64,000 nucleotides of DNA from the human T2T-CHM13v2.0 reference genome, Homo sapiens: NCBI RefSeq assembly GCF_009914755.1, contig NC_060927.1, one strand, 5' to 3'. Of this stretch, positions 17,751 through 30,765 are shown piece after piece (the stretch's first letter is position 1; each line of letters starts with the position of its first letter). The notes under the pieces were generated by a model. That model worked only from the letters and a program-made list of their open reading frames with translations, was not told the DNA's origin and made no database searches. Position numbers and translations under genes: made by a program.

Positions 17751-17899
17751 ACTATAAATATTATAAATATAGTCAGTCTATTGCAGGAGAAAAATTGTAA
17801 AAAGATACATGATAATATTATACAACAATATAATTCCTGTTGTATAGGGAGAACTAAGTGCCTAAGGCTCAAAAGAGATTAAAGAGGCTGCTATGGAAG

Positions 17900-18229
17900 C
17901 CTGTACCTTTTATATCTTCTCTGGTCCAAGCCACCATTGTCTCTAACCTAGATTAGTATAATAGCCCTCAACTGGTCACTCCACTTCTACCCCTGCATCT
18001 CTGTAGTCTATTCACAACACAGCAGCCAGAAACATATTTTCAAAAGTGTGCCAGAGCATGTCCCTCCTCTGCTGTAAACACTTCAATGGCTCCTTTGCTA
18101 AGAATGAAAACCTGAGTCATTATAAGTTGTTCCTGACTGACACTCCCTGACCCCCAGCCCCTTGCCCCAAATTACCTCTTTATCCTCACCTCTTCCTATT
18201 CTCATTTTGATCAATCTGCTGTAGTCACA
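17900..18229 (+). mobile_element. L2 fragment hosting the MSTA; resumes at 20703
   Basis: ctggtccaagccaccattgtctctaacctagatt...cacaacacagcagccaga. Confidence 0.8.
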
Positions 18230-20702
18230 TGTATTAGTTTGTTCTCACACTGATGTAAAGAAATGCCTGAGTCTGGATAATTTTTAAAGAAAAGAGGTTT
18301 AATCGGCTTATGGTTCTGAAGACTGTACAGGAAGCATGATTCTGGCACATGCTCAGCTTCTGGGGAGGCCTCAGGAAATGTACAATCATGGAAGAAGGTG
18401 AAGGGGAAGTAGGTACATCTCAGATGGCTGGAGCAGAAGGGGTTGGGGGAGGAGCTACACACTTTTAAACAATCGGATCTCATGAGAACTCACTCACTAT
18501 CATGAGAAGAGCACTGAAGGGATTGTGCTAACTCCTTTATGAGAATTCCACCCCCATTATCCAATCACCCCCGCACCAGGTCCCACCTCCAACACTGGGG
18601 ATTAAAATTCAACATGAGATTTGGTAAGGATACAGACACAGTCCATATTATTCCACCTCTGGCCCCTACAAATCTCATATCTTTCTCACATTGCAAAACA
18701 TAATCATCTTTTCTCAACAGTCCCTCAGAGTCTTAACTCATTCTAGCTTAACTCAAAAGTCCAAAGCCTCAACTGAGCCAAGCCTAGTCCCTTCTGCTTA
18801 TGAGCCTATAAAGTCAAAACCAAATTAATTACTTTCAAGGTACAATGGGGTTACAGGCATTGGGTAAATACTCCCATTCCAAAGGGAAGAAATCAGCCAA
18901 AAGAAAGTGGCTACAGGCCCCATGCAAGTCCAAAACCCAGCAGGGGAGTCATTAAACCTTAAAGCTCCAAAATAATCTCTTTTAACTCCATGTCACAGAT
19001 CTAGGGCATGCTGGTGCAAGGAGTGGGCTCCCAAAGCCTTTGGCAACTCTGCCCCTGTGACTTTGCAGAGTTCAGTCCCCACAGCTGCTTTTGCGGGCTG
19101 GCATTTAGTGCCTAAAGCTCTTCCAGGCAAAAGGTGCAAGCTGTTGGTAGATCCACCATTCTGGAGTCCGGAGGATGGTGGCCTTCTTCTCACAGCTCCA
19201 CTAGGCAGTGCCCCAGTTGGGACTCTATATGAGGGCTCCAACCCCACATTTCCCCTCTGCACTGCCCTAGTAGAGGTTTTCCATGAGGGCTCCACCCCTG
19301 CAGCAGGCTTTTGCTTAAACATCCAGGCTTTTCCAATATACCCTCTGAAATCTAGGTGGAGGCTCCCAAGCCTCAACTCTTGCACTCTGTGCACCCACAG
19401 ACCTAATACCATGTGAAAACCAGCAGGGCTTATGGCTTGCACCCTCTGAAGCAGTGGCCTGAGGTGTAGCTGGGCCCCTTTTAGCCGTGGTTGAAGCTGG
19501 AGTGACTGGAATGTGGGGAGCAGTGTCCTATGGATGTACAGGGCAGCGGGGCACTTGCTCTGGCCCACAAAACCTTTCAGTCCTCCTAGGCCTCAGGCCT
19601 GTGATGGGAGGGGCTGTCATGAAGGGTCTCTGAAAAGTCTTCCAGGTCTCTTCCCCATTATCTTGGTTATCAGTACTTACCTTCTTTTAGTTATCCAAAT
19701 TTCTGAAGCCAACTTGAATTCCTCCCCCAAAAATAGGCTTTTCTTTTTTAACACAAGGCGAGGCTGCAAATTTTTCAAACCTTTACACTCTGCTTCCCCT
19801 TTAAATAGAAGTTCAAGTTTTACATGATTTTTTTGCTCATGCTTATGAGCATAGATTTTTGGAAGCAGCCAGGCCATATCTTGAACACTTTGCTGCTTAG
19901 AAATTTTTTTTCACCAGGTACCATAGATCATCACTCTCAAGTTCAAAGTTCCTCAGATCTCTAGGGCAGGGACAAAATGCAGTTTTGTGCTTTGCTAATG
20001 CATAATAAAAGTGACCTTTTTTCCAGTTCCCAATAAGTTACTCATCTTCACCTGAAACCTCATCAGCCTGGCCATCTCTGTCTATATCACTGTATCAGCA
20101 TTTGGGTCACAACAGTTTACCAAGTCTCTAGGAAGTTCCAAACTTTCCCTCATCTTCCTGTCTTCTTTTGAGCCCTCCACACCCTTTCAACCTCTGCCTG
20201 TTACATTCAGAAGTCACTTCCACATTTTCAGATATCTTTATAGCATTATCCCAGTACCAATTTTCTGTTATTAGTCCATGCTTGGATTGCATTGCTACAA
20301 AGAAATACCTAAGACTGGGTAATTTATGAAGAAAAGAGGTTTAATTGGCTCACAGTTCCACAGGCTGTACAGGAAACATGATTTTGACATCTGCTTGGCT
20401 TCTGGGAGGCCTCAGGAAATGTACAATTATGGCAGGTGGCAAAGGGGAAGAAGACACATCTTACATGGCTAGAGCAGAAGGAAGAGAGAGATAGGGAAGG
20501 TACTTCACACTTTTAAACAATCAGATTTCATGGGAACTTACTCACTCACTATCATGAGAACAGCACCAATGGGATGGTGCTAGCCCATTCATGAGATCTC
20601 CACCTTGCCAACCCAATCACCTCCCATCAGGCCCCACCTCCAACACTGGGGATTACAATTCAATATGTGATTTGGTGGGGATGCAGACCCAAAATCATAT
20701 CA
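18230..20702 (-). mobile_element. Complete MSTA-type MaLR element: LTR 18230-18650, internal ~18651-20265, LTR 20266-20702
   Basis: Two direct-repeat LTRs starting tg and sharing aagaaaagaggtttaat..ggct, ggaggcctcaggaaatgtacaat and ccccacctccaacactgggg; exact 5-bp TSD tcaca at 18225-18229 and 20703-20707. Confidence 0.93.
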
Positions 20703-21120
20703 TCACATTAATCACTTTGCTGTTCTTTGAACCTACCTTTGGACCTCAAACTTTTTGCTGGAAAGTTCTTTACCCAATATTATTTTCTTGACCATTCTTT
20801 TTGCTGGAAAGTTCTTGACCCAATATTATTTTCTCCTTACTTCCTTTAAGTCTTGATTACATTACCTTTTCTATCAGACTATCCTGATAAAAAAGGCTAT
20901 CAGGCTGTAATCTAAAGTTCCAACTTGTATACCCAAACACACCCAATTTCCATATCAAGCTTTATTTTTCCTATTTGCATTGCACTTACCACCATTTAAC
21001 ATTCTTATTGTCTACCTCTCCCTCCCTAAGGTCAGAGATTATTTTATTCACTAACATATTGAATACACTTACAAAAGATCTTGTACATATTAAATGCTCA
21101 ATAAGTATCTGACAAAGGAA
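20703..21120 (+). mobile_element. L2 3' end
   Basis: gcacttaccaccatttaac...aaatgctcaataagtatctgac. Confidence 0.7.
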
Positions 21121-23899
21121 AAACTGACTATTGTTTTTGTTATAGTAAAATATTAGTTTTTACTAAGTCAGAATTTGTAATAATTCTTACGGAATTTATT
21201 TGATATTTATATATTCTATTAAAAATTGTGATTCATTTGTAACTACATAACATTTCAAAAAGTTGGAATTGGAAAAAAGACTAATCTCTTTAAGAGAACT
21301 GTTTTAAGCAATTTTTATTGAATGCATATGTAGACAATAAGTAAAATGTTTATTTCTAGATGAAAACCCCTACCTAAGATTTTGAGTTACTAGTTGGTAT
21401 AATTATATTTTACTGAAAGCAATAAAATTACATTTACTTTTAACTGGTGCATTCTTCAGCCTTGAACTAATTTTGGACTGGCCATCTCAGCTAATGGCTC
21501 TGCATTAAAGGGTATTTAAAATAATATTAAAATAAATCATATACAGATATAAAATGAAGTGTTGCAAGGATACATTCTTCAGCTTTATATATCTCTGACA
21601 TTCTAGGAGTCTTTGTTTCCTGATGAAAGACACTAATAACAGCCTTTAGTCTCCCTAATGGCTAAAGCATGTTCTGTTGGAAAGGCACATTAAGGATGTA
21701 TTAATTATTTGAGGGAACTGGAGTACCCATTATTTCACTACAATATTTCAGTGACCTTAAAAAAAGGAAATGGAAACCATGAACTAATAGCAAAGCCCTG
21801 TGACATTAAATGATGTCTGCAAAGCCTGGAAAACTTTACAAATGCCGTAAGGATTCAATAGTTGTAGAAATCTGTCTCTTTAAATTAAATCGATGTGCTG
21901 CCTCCACTGAACAATCAAGCAGGTGGGAATTGTGAATAGACTTGAACTGTGTGTCCCGTGATGTAAGGGTTTACCGTGAACTCCTCACACCTTGGGCAAT
22001 TCTCCATTGCATGTGATGACATGTATTTTTCAAGCAGTTGCACAGAAGTATAGTGTATTCCTGGCCATGGACCTATGATCCTGGGCCCATTACCATGGAA
22101 TCAGCACTGATTTTCAATAGGACCCTAGCTTTTACTATGTGGCATTTAAAGAAGTTAACTTTGTTAAAAAAAAAAATACCTGGTGAGAATAAAGATCTCT
22201 CTGTAATTTAAAAAGGCCCAGAGCTCCTCCCATTCTTCCTGAGAGAAATTACCTAACTGCTAATGTGCTATGCAAAGAAGTTTTCCAAACTGCCTACTGC
22301 CTAATTAGCTTTATTAAAAATACATGTCAGACTTGTTTTGAGTGGTGGGTTTATTATCTAGAAAATGATACAAACACAGGATTACTGAATGAAAACAAGT
22401 AAACAAATTCTCAACTTATCATAAAATTTGTTAGGATTAACCAAAAGAACATATTAGTATGTTGGTCTTACTTGTCAAATTGTCAAGCAGGTGGGAGGTT
22501 TCAATTATGAGCTCTTGGTTTGAAATGAAGAGAGTGTGAGCTTCCTTCCACCCCCGATTATTTTATGTTCATCTTAATTTTCAGTTCTCAAAAATATTTC
22601 AGAGTGAGATGCTGGTTTTTTCTTCTTCCTCTTTCAAAGTTTCATCAATTAGTATTTGACATGTGTATGGAATGATAAGTATTAGTTAACATAATAAGGA
22701 AGAAGGAAAGCAATTTGCCTTTCACAGCCATACATTTGAAAAACTAATTGGTGCTTATAAATCTTTCCTAATCTCCTGCTTTTCCCCAAAAAATGAGTTT
22801 GTGCTCTAAAATTATGAGACTTGAAGAGTAATTGTAGTATACCCTGTAAATGGTAATATGGGTTTGGCTGAATTAATTCTACTGAGCATTTGTCCACCTG
22901 TTTCCACCATTACTGATTAAATGAACTCAGTCTAGATTGAATATGAACTAATGTATGCAATATTGTTATAAAACCTTCAAGATGCTACAAATTGAAGATA
23001 CTCTAACTGGTAAAAATATCCTCCCTGGAAAGACAGGGAATCAAATCCTTATTCTGTCAGAATGTGTCTTTCTGCATGGTGTTGGGTAAATAAAACTTAT
23101 CTTTTCTTAGTTTCTTCTTCTTAGCATAGATATAATAATAGTACATTCAAAATGAATTGTAAGAATTATGGAGCATCCTTGCATTGCACTCCACAAGGTT
23201 TGGACTTCATCTTGATCTTCTCTTCTACACCTGCTTTGGCCTTCAAAGGATCTACATTGACTTTTGATGCAGATACCAAGGACAGATTATAGCTATTTGC
23301 TAGTGTAATTGTCAGACGAATAACATAAACCTTGGTTACCTGATCAGTGTGGCAAAATATGTCATTTTTTATAGTTATATCTTTGAATACTCTATTTCCT
23401 TTGTTTGCACGGGATTATTCTTGCATAAATCTTAGTTCACTTGAGGCAAGTTTTTAAAGAACAACTGGAATATTTCTGGGTTGAAGACTAAAATGTTCTG
23501 ACTAAATCTTAGAATAGTTTTCTTTTCTCATATATCAATGTTATGAGAAAAGTGGTTAGATTATATGGATGAATATGAAAAAGCTTACATAAAAATCTGG
23601 AGAATACTGTCATACATATGAATTCTAGTTTACTTATAAATACGACATATGTATTCTAGCTTGCTTATAAAATTTTAGCCTTTCCTAGCCTCAAGAAAAA
23701 TGAATGACTCCTCTAATCTAGGAATAAGTTAGCACAAAATTTAACCACCACCACCACTACCTCATTAATGTCACACTTCTCCTATCCTTCTCATACAACC
23801 CCAAAGCAAAGTGAACAAAGCAAAACAAACAAACAAAAAACCCTAAGGTAAATAACCAAGAAACTACTATCAACACCAATATGTCAACTACCATTTTGA

Positions 23900-24075
23900 A
23901 GAATATCATTGTTATTGTTACAACAATCTATTAAAAAGGATTCACTTATCTTCATTTGACCAATAAAGAAACCTAGTTTCAGACGTTAAGTTACATGCTC
24001 AAGAATTAAAGGTGATAAGTGGTAGGATCAGGTTTTAAACCCTAATTTAAAAACTGGTGCTCATTCTATTTTCAT
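23900..24075 (-). mobile_element. MIR fragment
   Basis: aaagaaacctagtttcagacgttaagttacatgctcaag...taagtggtaggatcaggttttaaaccc. Confidence 0.55.
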
Positions 24076-24439
24076 ATCCCTAAAACATTGTTTTTAGAAT
24101 TATTAAACTGGTTTTAATGTAAAGAAAAAAAACCTTGTGCTCATTCCATTCTATCGTGGATTTCTTTCAATAACTACCTTGCCCACTGTGGAGTGTTACT
24201 ATAAGCATTCAATAAAATAATGTGTTTGAAGGCATCCTAAAATACTGTAAAATTCTCTGCACACATGTTACTTATATAGGTGGTATTTCCTTTCTTGGAG
24301 ATTTCATGAGAAACTAAGCCAAGTTTAAACAATATGGTATAATTAAAAAAAAACTTGACTTTTAGAATCAAATTGGGGGTAAAAATTAGGTCCTACCGGG
24401 ATATTATTTTACACTTTATGTAACAGTGGAGGGAAAACT

Positions 24440-24760
24440 GGGGCTTTGCCTTTGTCCTTATTTTCACTCACAACATACTCTACCACAGCTGGCTCCTTCC
24501 TCATGACTCAAATCCCAGCCCTAAATTCTCAGAGACCCTTCCCTGAAAACCCTGCTTAATGTCCCTATTTCCACTCAGCTATTCTATATCTTTCCTCTAG
24601 TTTTAATGTTTTAATAACATTTGGTATTATTTAAATTACTGGTTTTTGTTACTATTGTTTGCTTGCTTACTGTCTTCTCCTGGGAATCTTGTCTTTTTTG
24701 GCTGTACATGTACCCCTTGGTGGACAGTTGATGTTTAATAAATATTTGTCAGAAGACTAT
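24440..24760 (+). mobile_element. L2 3' fragment
   Basis: gctggctccttcctcatgactcaaat...ctcagagacccttccctga...aataaatatttgtc. Confidence 0.65.
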
Positions 24761-26119
24761 CAGCCTATTAGGACACTTCAGTTCCATTTTGAGGTCAACC
24801 ATTAATTATTTGTAGGATATAACAAATTACTCTGAACCTTAGATTCTTATCTTTTAAAATAGTGAAACTCTAGAGTCTACAGAGATACATTCTTGTCACA
24901 TAGAGTATTGTCTTAAAATAAGAAAATGTGAGTCAATTGAACAGAGCACACAAATCTCTTTCGACTTTAAAGTTTGATGTATCTAAATCTTTGATGTGTA
25001 GCTTACATGTAATCGGTTTACATGTAATCACATAGAAATATATTCAAATATGTACAAAAACATTGAGATTTTGAATCCCTATGAATCTTTTCTATCCTTC
25101 TATTAACCATTTGTACTCTTTATGATCTGGACATTCTGTTAAGTTGATACTGCGTGGTATTTTTTAAAAAGTGTCTTTTCTTAGAAGTCTAGTCATGACC
25201 TTGATTAAAATTATGATTGATGCTCAATAGTGGCAGACTCTAAATAATTCTGCCCTTTGTCTGCCTTTGTCATTTTATTTACATTTGTCATGACTTGCAA
25301 TCTTTTCAGACAGTGATCACCCACTCCTTGCTATTTCTTTCCATCAGAATTATTGCTTGCATATCACCTTTTAAATAAAACAGCAAGTTAGGCTTCTGTA
25401 AGGATAACACTGTGTTTAAAAGTAATTAAATAAAGTGAAGAACATAAGATTTTTGATGGTGACTCTGTTGAAATATTTGCCAAAACACATTTTATTACTG
25501 AATTAAAGGATCATGCACCAGTAGCATAGAAAGACTAAAAAGGAAACTCAGTGAGAATCACTGAATTCAATATTTGTTTTTCAAGTTATGACTGATAAGT
25601 TGTTTTAGGATTTAGAATTTACAAAATAGACTTTGGGGTGCACTCCTTTTAACTTCTTCTCCTTTAGCGGTTGCAATTATTTGTCTAAAAGAAGTCCTTG
25701 AAGGGGTTGGTTGATAGCAAACTGTATTTCTATTTCCAGTGATTTCCTAATTTTAATTTTTTTATAGTTTTTACATCCACAGAAAACATTTTTTACATTA
25801 CATACACAATATTAGGTATTCACAATTCTTGTTTTATGACACATTTACATTATTGGTCTACATATGGTCTCTATATATCCATCATAAAATAAGCACCCAA
25901 AATTTCATCACCCAACACAAAAAGTAGAATATTGATAATAACTAATAACCACCTAGAAAGTCTTCCTCTAGCCTGTCCATATGATCTCAAACCTGTTTGC
26001 CTCATAAACTTACCTGCTACCACTTTTACCCACCTGCTCTTTCCTACCCTGATTTTCATTCTCACCACAACCCTCCTGTTCAGCTATTACCTTTAATCCA
26101 CAATCTATATCTTGCTAAA

Positions 26120-26600
26120 ATAAGTGAAGGCTCTTTGGTTGTAAATGACAGAAATTGATTCTAGTTAATAAGAATTAATTAGAATTATACTTAATATAAT
26201 TGAATGGAATTAAACAGAATTAACTAAAATTAAACTAATTCTAATTAATCAGAGAAAAACAATTGTTGTGAGAGGGCTTAAGCAATGGAAAGAGAGGCTG
26301 AGAACCAAGCTACAGAAAGACAGGAATTATAGTAACTACAGCAGAATCACACAAGTGGATTTTTTGGAGCATGAAGGGATCAAGGAGTGGTGAGGGCATG
26401 ATTCAACGCCAATGCTCTTAAATGTGTGATTTGTCCAGTGGAAGTCATGTACCACCATTAGCCTAGGAAGAGAGCAGGGTATCTTGATAAACTGTCCCAC
26501 CAGACTATATCCAACAAAAGAACAGGCTTCAAAAGCAAATTTGGGTTGCTTTTCATAAAGAAGGAGAAGAAATATTGAGGCCAAAGGCAGCACAAATTCA
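26120..26600. mobile_element. Very degenerate MLT1K/L-like LTR
   Basis: ggctctttggttgtaaatgacagaaa at the start; ctgtcccaccagactatatcca. Confidence 0.45.
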
Positions 26601-26954
26601 CACCAGAAATACTTTCTTCACTCCAGACTCTTGAACTACCATCTTAACGCAAATTGATAATTCCTAGCTGAATTAAACTTTGCAATCTTTGACCTATAGC
26701 TCAGTCACCTTATTCCACTCCTGTTAATGTTGAACTACACAGAATTAACGGTATTTGTTTGTACCTACAAAATGATAATTTTGCATGGTTTAAATAAATA
26801 TAGCTGCATAAAGAGTAGAATCAGAGTAGAAGTGACTCACTACATAGTTATGGTCACATTTTCCTCTTTCTAGTTACTACAAGAAGAGCTCACTGTTTAT
26901 TTCAAATTGTTGCAATCTATAACTTATTTAGAGTAGACATTCTCAAGTAGTTTT

Positions 26955-27210
26955 CAAAGACATAGTGGAACAGTATGGACTGCTGGGTCACACAGATTTA
27001 GTTCGGAGTGCCTATAGTGGGTACTATGTGTGTGACCTCAGGGAAATTATTTAACTTCTCTAAGACTTGGTTTCTACATCTAGTAAACAGGGACAACTAA
27101 TGTTTCTCATCTCACATTGTCCTGAGTATTGAATGAGATTACACATTTAAAATGATTAGCACAAAGTCTGGTACAAGGAAGCATGGAAGCAATGTTAGTT
27201 ATTGTTATTG
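26955..27210 (+). mobile_element. Near full-length MIR/MIRb
   Basis: tgtgtgacctcagggaaattatttaacttctctaagacttggtttctacatc...aatgttagttattgttatt. Confidence 0.8.
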
Positions 27211-27859
27211 AATAATGACATGTATAACCTTTGCAATATGAAAATTCTCATATTAAAAGCTGCAATCAGCTCTGTTAATCGAGGCTGAAAACTGAATTTA
27301 TTTGGTGGGGCAAGCATTCCTTTAGTTAGGTTGAATCCATTTTGGTCAAAAGAATAAACTACGCACACTGCTTCAGGGACTTCTGCAAACTGAGAAATTA
27401 AGTGTTTTGTTTAACAAGGAGAATGATTCTATTCACAGGACAGTGCTCTTGCACAATCAGGAAAATGTGTGTATTTGTGAGTGTGCACCTGTGGGGATGT
27501 GTTTTCTAATTGTGAATTTATAGTGAACTGCTCTGTAAATTATCAATTGTGACTAAGATTCACATATGTGCTCTATCCAAGTAATGCTCTTAGATTAGGA
27601 CCAGAAACTCCATTACTAATCCTGTACACATCCATTATTTTTCATTAACATGTGAGATATTTTTTCTTCACTTTGATTATCTGAATCTTTCAAACAAAAA
27701 TTTTTACTTGTAATATAGGAATAACATGGTCATTTGTAACTCAGAGAGTTGTCGTAAGTCTGCAATAAGGTAACAAATGCACAGTGATGTTTTATGTATC
27801 ATAAATCACCTTATACAATAAGCTACTATTACTATTTTATATTTATATTGTTCAACTCA

Positions 27860-28110
27860 AAGGCAATATAAAGTAGTAGTTAAGAGTATAAACTCTAGAG
27901 CCACACTACCTGAATTCAAATCCGAACTTCACCACTTTGGGCAAGAGACTTGAACTTAGAGTGGTTCATTTTCCTCATCTCTAAGTTGAGGATAATAATA
28001 ATACCCTTCTCAGATGGCTGTTTTTAGAATTAAATGATTTCATTTATGAAAAGTACTTATAACAATGCCTGACATAAAATAAATGATATGTAATTATTTG
28101 TATTGTTTTT
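27860..28110 (+). mobile_element. MIR
   Basis: gtagtagttaagagtataaactctagagccacactacctgaattcaaatcc...ttttcctcatctctaag. Confidence 0.8.
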
Positions 28111-28699
28111 ATTGTCTTCTTTCTTAAAGCTGATACATTGAGTTCTACTTTTTACAGTCATTTCAGGATTGGTGATTACAGCTTGCACCACACTGTCATG
28201 CCTTGTTATATGTTGTCCTAAAATTATATCATTGGGTGAATTATTCATGTCTTCATGTCTTATTTTTGCATGTGAATTATCTGGTCCAATGGAGTTAGGT
28301 AATTCTGTCTGCATTTTGTTATTTCCCAAAGGAACTAATAATTCTCTCTCATATGAATTAAAACCTCTCTTCCATTATATTTCACTTATATATTGGTTTC
28401 TGCCAGTCATTTTGTAGTTTTTATCTTGACAGAAAAGCATTCAAATTTGCCAGACTACATTGATGTACATTTGGTGTACAGTTCAAAGTCTAGTTTTAAA
28501 TCTGAAGGACTTTACACAGTGAATAATAGCTAAGGTTGTTGAGCCTCCATGAAAAGATATTCAAAGTTTAGTTCTGTCAGACCAACGTGGCTACTGATGT
28601 CATAGATAAGATTATACAAACATCTTCAAAAAATCCACACCTCAAACTTTTACTTTGAGGAAGAGTGTCAATTCTTGGCAAAAATGAGCAAACACACAG

Positions 28700-28701
<2 letters not shown>

Positions 28702-28735
<34 letters not shown>
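28702..28735. repeat. (AC)17 microsatellite
   Basis: Perfect dinucleotide run. Confidence 0.98.
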
Positions 28736-28737
<2 letters not shown>

Positions 28738-29094
28738 CAAAATGAAAACAAAAAGACATTAAACTGAACTTTCAAACAATCATTTCAAGATAATTTCCTA
28801 AAAATCTGACCTGAAGCTTTTGTGATTATGAAGCATATTTTTCAAGGTAGTAAGATATATTTTAATATTTTAAAGATATTCTTTAACATTTTTAGCTTGT
28901 TTAGTAACTCTTAAGTATTAGACATATGATATTTATATATTTAGACATATGATAAATTGGCCTCCTTTTGAACTCTCATTGTGTTAAAATTGTTTACTTT
29001 TTTAAAAATAAATCTTTTATTTCTAAATAGAAATAGAAATAAATTTTCTTTTAAAATTCTATGATAGTAGAGGCGTATAAAATAAATCTTTAAA

Positions 29095-30000
29095 AATTTA
29101 ACATATTTTAGATTCAGAGGGTACATGTGCAGGTTTCTTACATGGGTATATTGCATGATGCTGAGGTTTGGGGTACTGTTGATCCCATCACACAGGCAGT
29201 GAGCATAATGCCCAATAGGTAGTTTTTCAGCCCTTCTTCCCTCCCTTCCCCCTCTAGTAGTCCCCAGTATCTATTGTTCCCGTCTTTAGGTCCATGTGCA
29301 CCCAATATTTAGCTCCCACTTGCATTTCTGTATTAATTTACCTAAGATAATGGCCTCCAGCTGCATCCATGTTTCTACAAAGGACATAATTTTGTTCATT
29401 TTCATGACTGCATACCATTTCATGGTGTATATGTACCACATTTTCTTTATCCAGTCTGTCATTGATGGGCATCCAGATTGATTCCATGTCTCTGCTATTG
29501 TGAATAGTGTTGTGATGAACATATGCATCCATGTGTCTTTACAGTAGAATGATTTATATTCTTTTGGGTTTGTACTCAGTAATGGGATTGCTGTGTTGAA
29601 TGGTAGCTCTGTTTTAAGTTCTTTGAGAAATTTTCAAACTGCTTCCCACAGAGGCTGAACTGATTTACATTCCTACCAGCAGTTTATAAGCATTCTTTTT
29701 CCTCCACAACCTTCTCAACATCTGTTATTTTTTGACCTTTTAGTAATCACTATTCTAACTGGTGTAAGATCATATCTCATTGTGGTTTTCATTTGCATTT
29801 CTCTAATGATTATTGATGATGTTGAGCATTTTTTATATGCTTGTTGGCTGCATATATGTCTTTTTTTGAGAAGTGTCTGTTCATGTCCTTTGCCCACTTT
29901 TTAATGAGGATATTTGTCATTTGCTTGTGAATTGTTTAGGTTCCTTATAGATTCTGGATATTAGACCTTTGTCAGATGCATAATTTGAAATTATTTTCTC
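29095..30000 (-). mobile_element. L1PA16-like 3' fragment
   Basis: tagattcagagggtacatgtgcagg...ttgcatgatgctgaggtttggg; ORF2 C-terminus at 29286-29528. Confidence 0.88.
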
Positions 30001-30149
30001 TGTCATTGGTTTAATTTGTTAATGATAGATAACTGGGGTATTAACATGGATAAAATTTGTAAGAAACTGATATCAGAGAGAAATGCCATGCTATATCCAC
30101 ATTGTGGTGTTTTATAAGTATTAATAAGTAGTTCTCTTTACAATAATAA

Positions 30150-30765
30150 ATTCACTCATTCAACAAATATTTATTGTGTTTCACCTATGTTTACACACCC
30201 TTACATGTACTGAAGGTAGAGCAATGAAAAAAAATTTAAAAAGTACTTGCTTTGAGGAACTTATATTCTAGTGAGGGAGGTGAATAACAAACAATAAACA
30301 GGTAAATATATTATGGAGTCATTTAGTAATAAATGCTATGGAGAAAAATAAAGCAGGAAGGGGAAATAAAGTTCTGATAGAGGGAATTGCTGGTTCAGGG
30401 AAAACCTTTATTAGACAATGTCAATTGAACAGAAGCCTGGAAAAAATGAGGGAGAAACTGTGCTGATAGATGGGTGTGAAGCATTCCAGGCAGAGGCTAC
30501 AGTGGTGCAAAGGTCATGAGATGAGAGTAGGATAGGGATATTTAAGGAACAGGATGATGGAGGGAAGTAGGCAAGGGAAGAAGGGTAGGAAGTGAGATCA
30601 GAAAAGGTACTGGGCTACACGGCACCATGGTCTTTGTAGGGCATTACAAAGACTTTGACTTTTTTGTATGTGAGATGGAAAGCTACTGGGGTTTTGAGCA
30701 GAGGAATGATATGATCTGTATAAAGTTTAAGCAATACATTTGGCTGATACTGGACATATTAAAAG
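30150..30765 (-). mobile_element. L2 3' region
   Basis: ttcactcattcaacaaatatttattg...gcattccaggcagagg...gttttgagcagaggaatgatatgatctg. Confidence 0.85.

Noticed and set aside
18993-19827. 100-190 aa ORFs as host genes
   Set aside because: They lie entirely within the MSTA internal region.
23175-23260. Weak minus-strand resemblance to RPL41 mRNA
   Set aside because: About two-thirds identity over ~45 purine-rich nt with gaps; no start, poly(A) or TSD.
28057-28417. Overlapping 82-90 aa ORFs and a possible exon near 28167-28235
   Set aside because: No recognisable protein, weak splice signals, partly MIR-derived.
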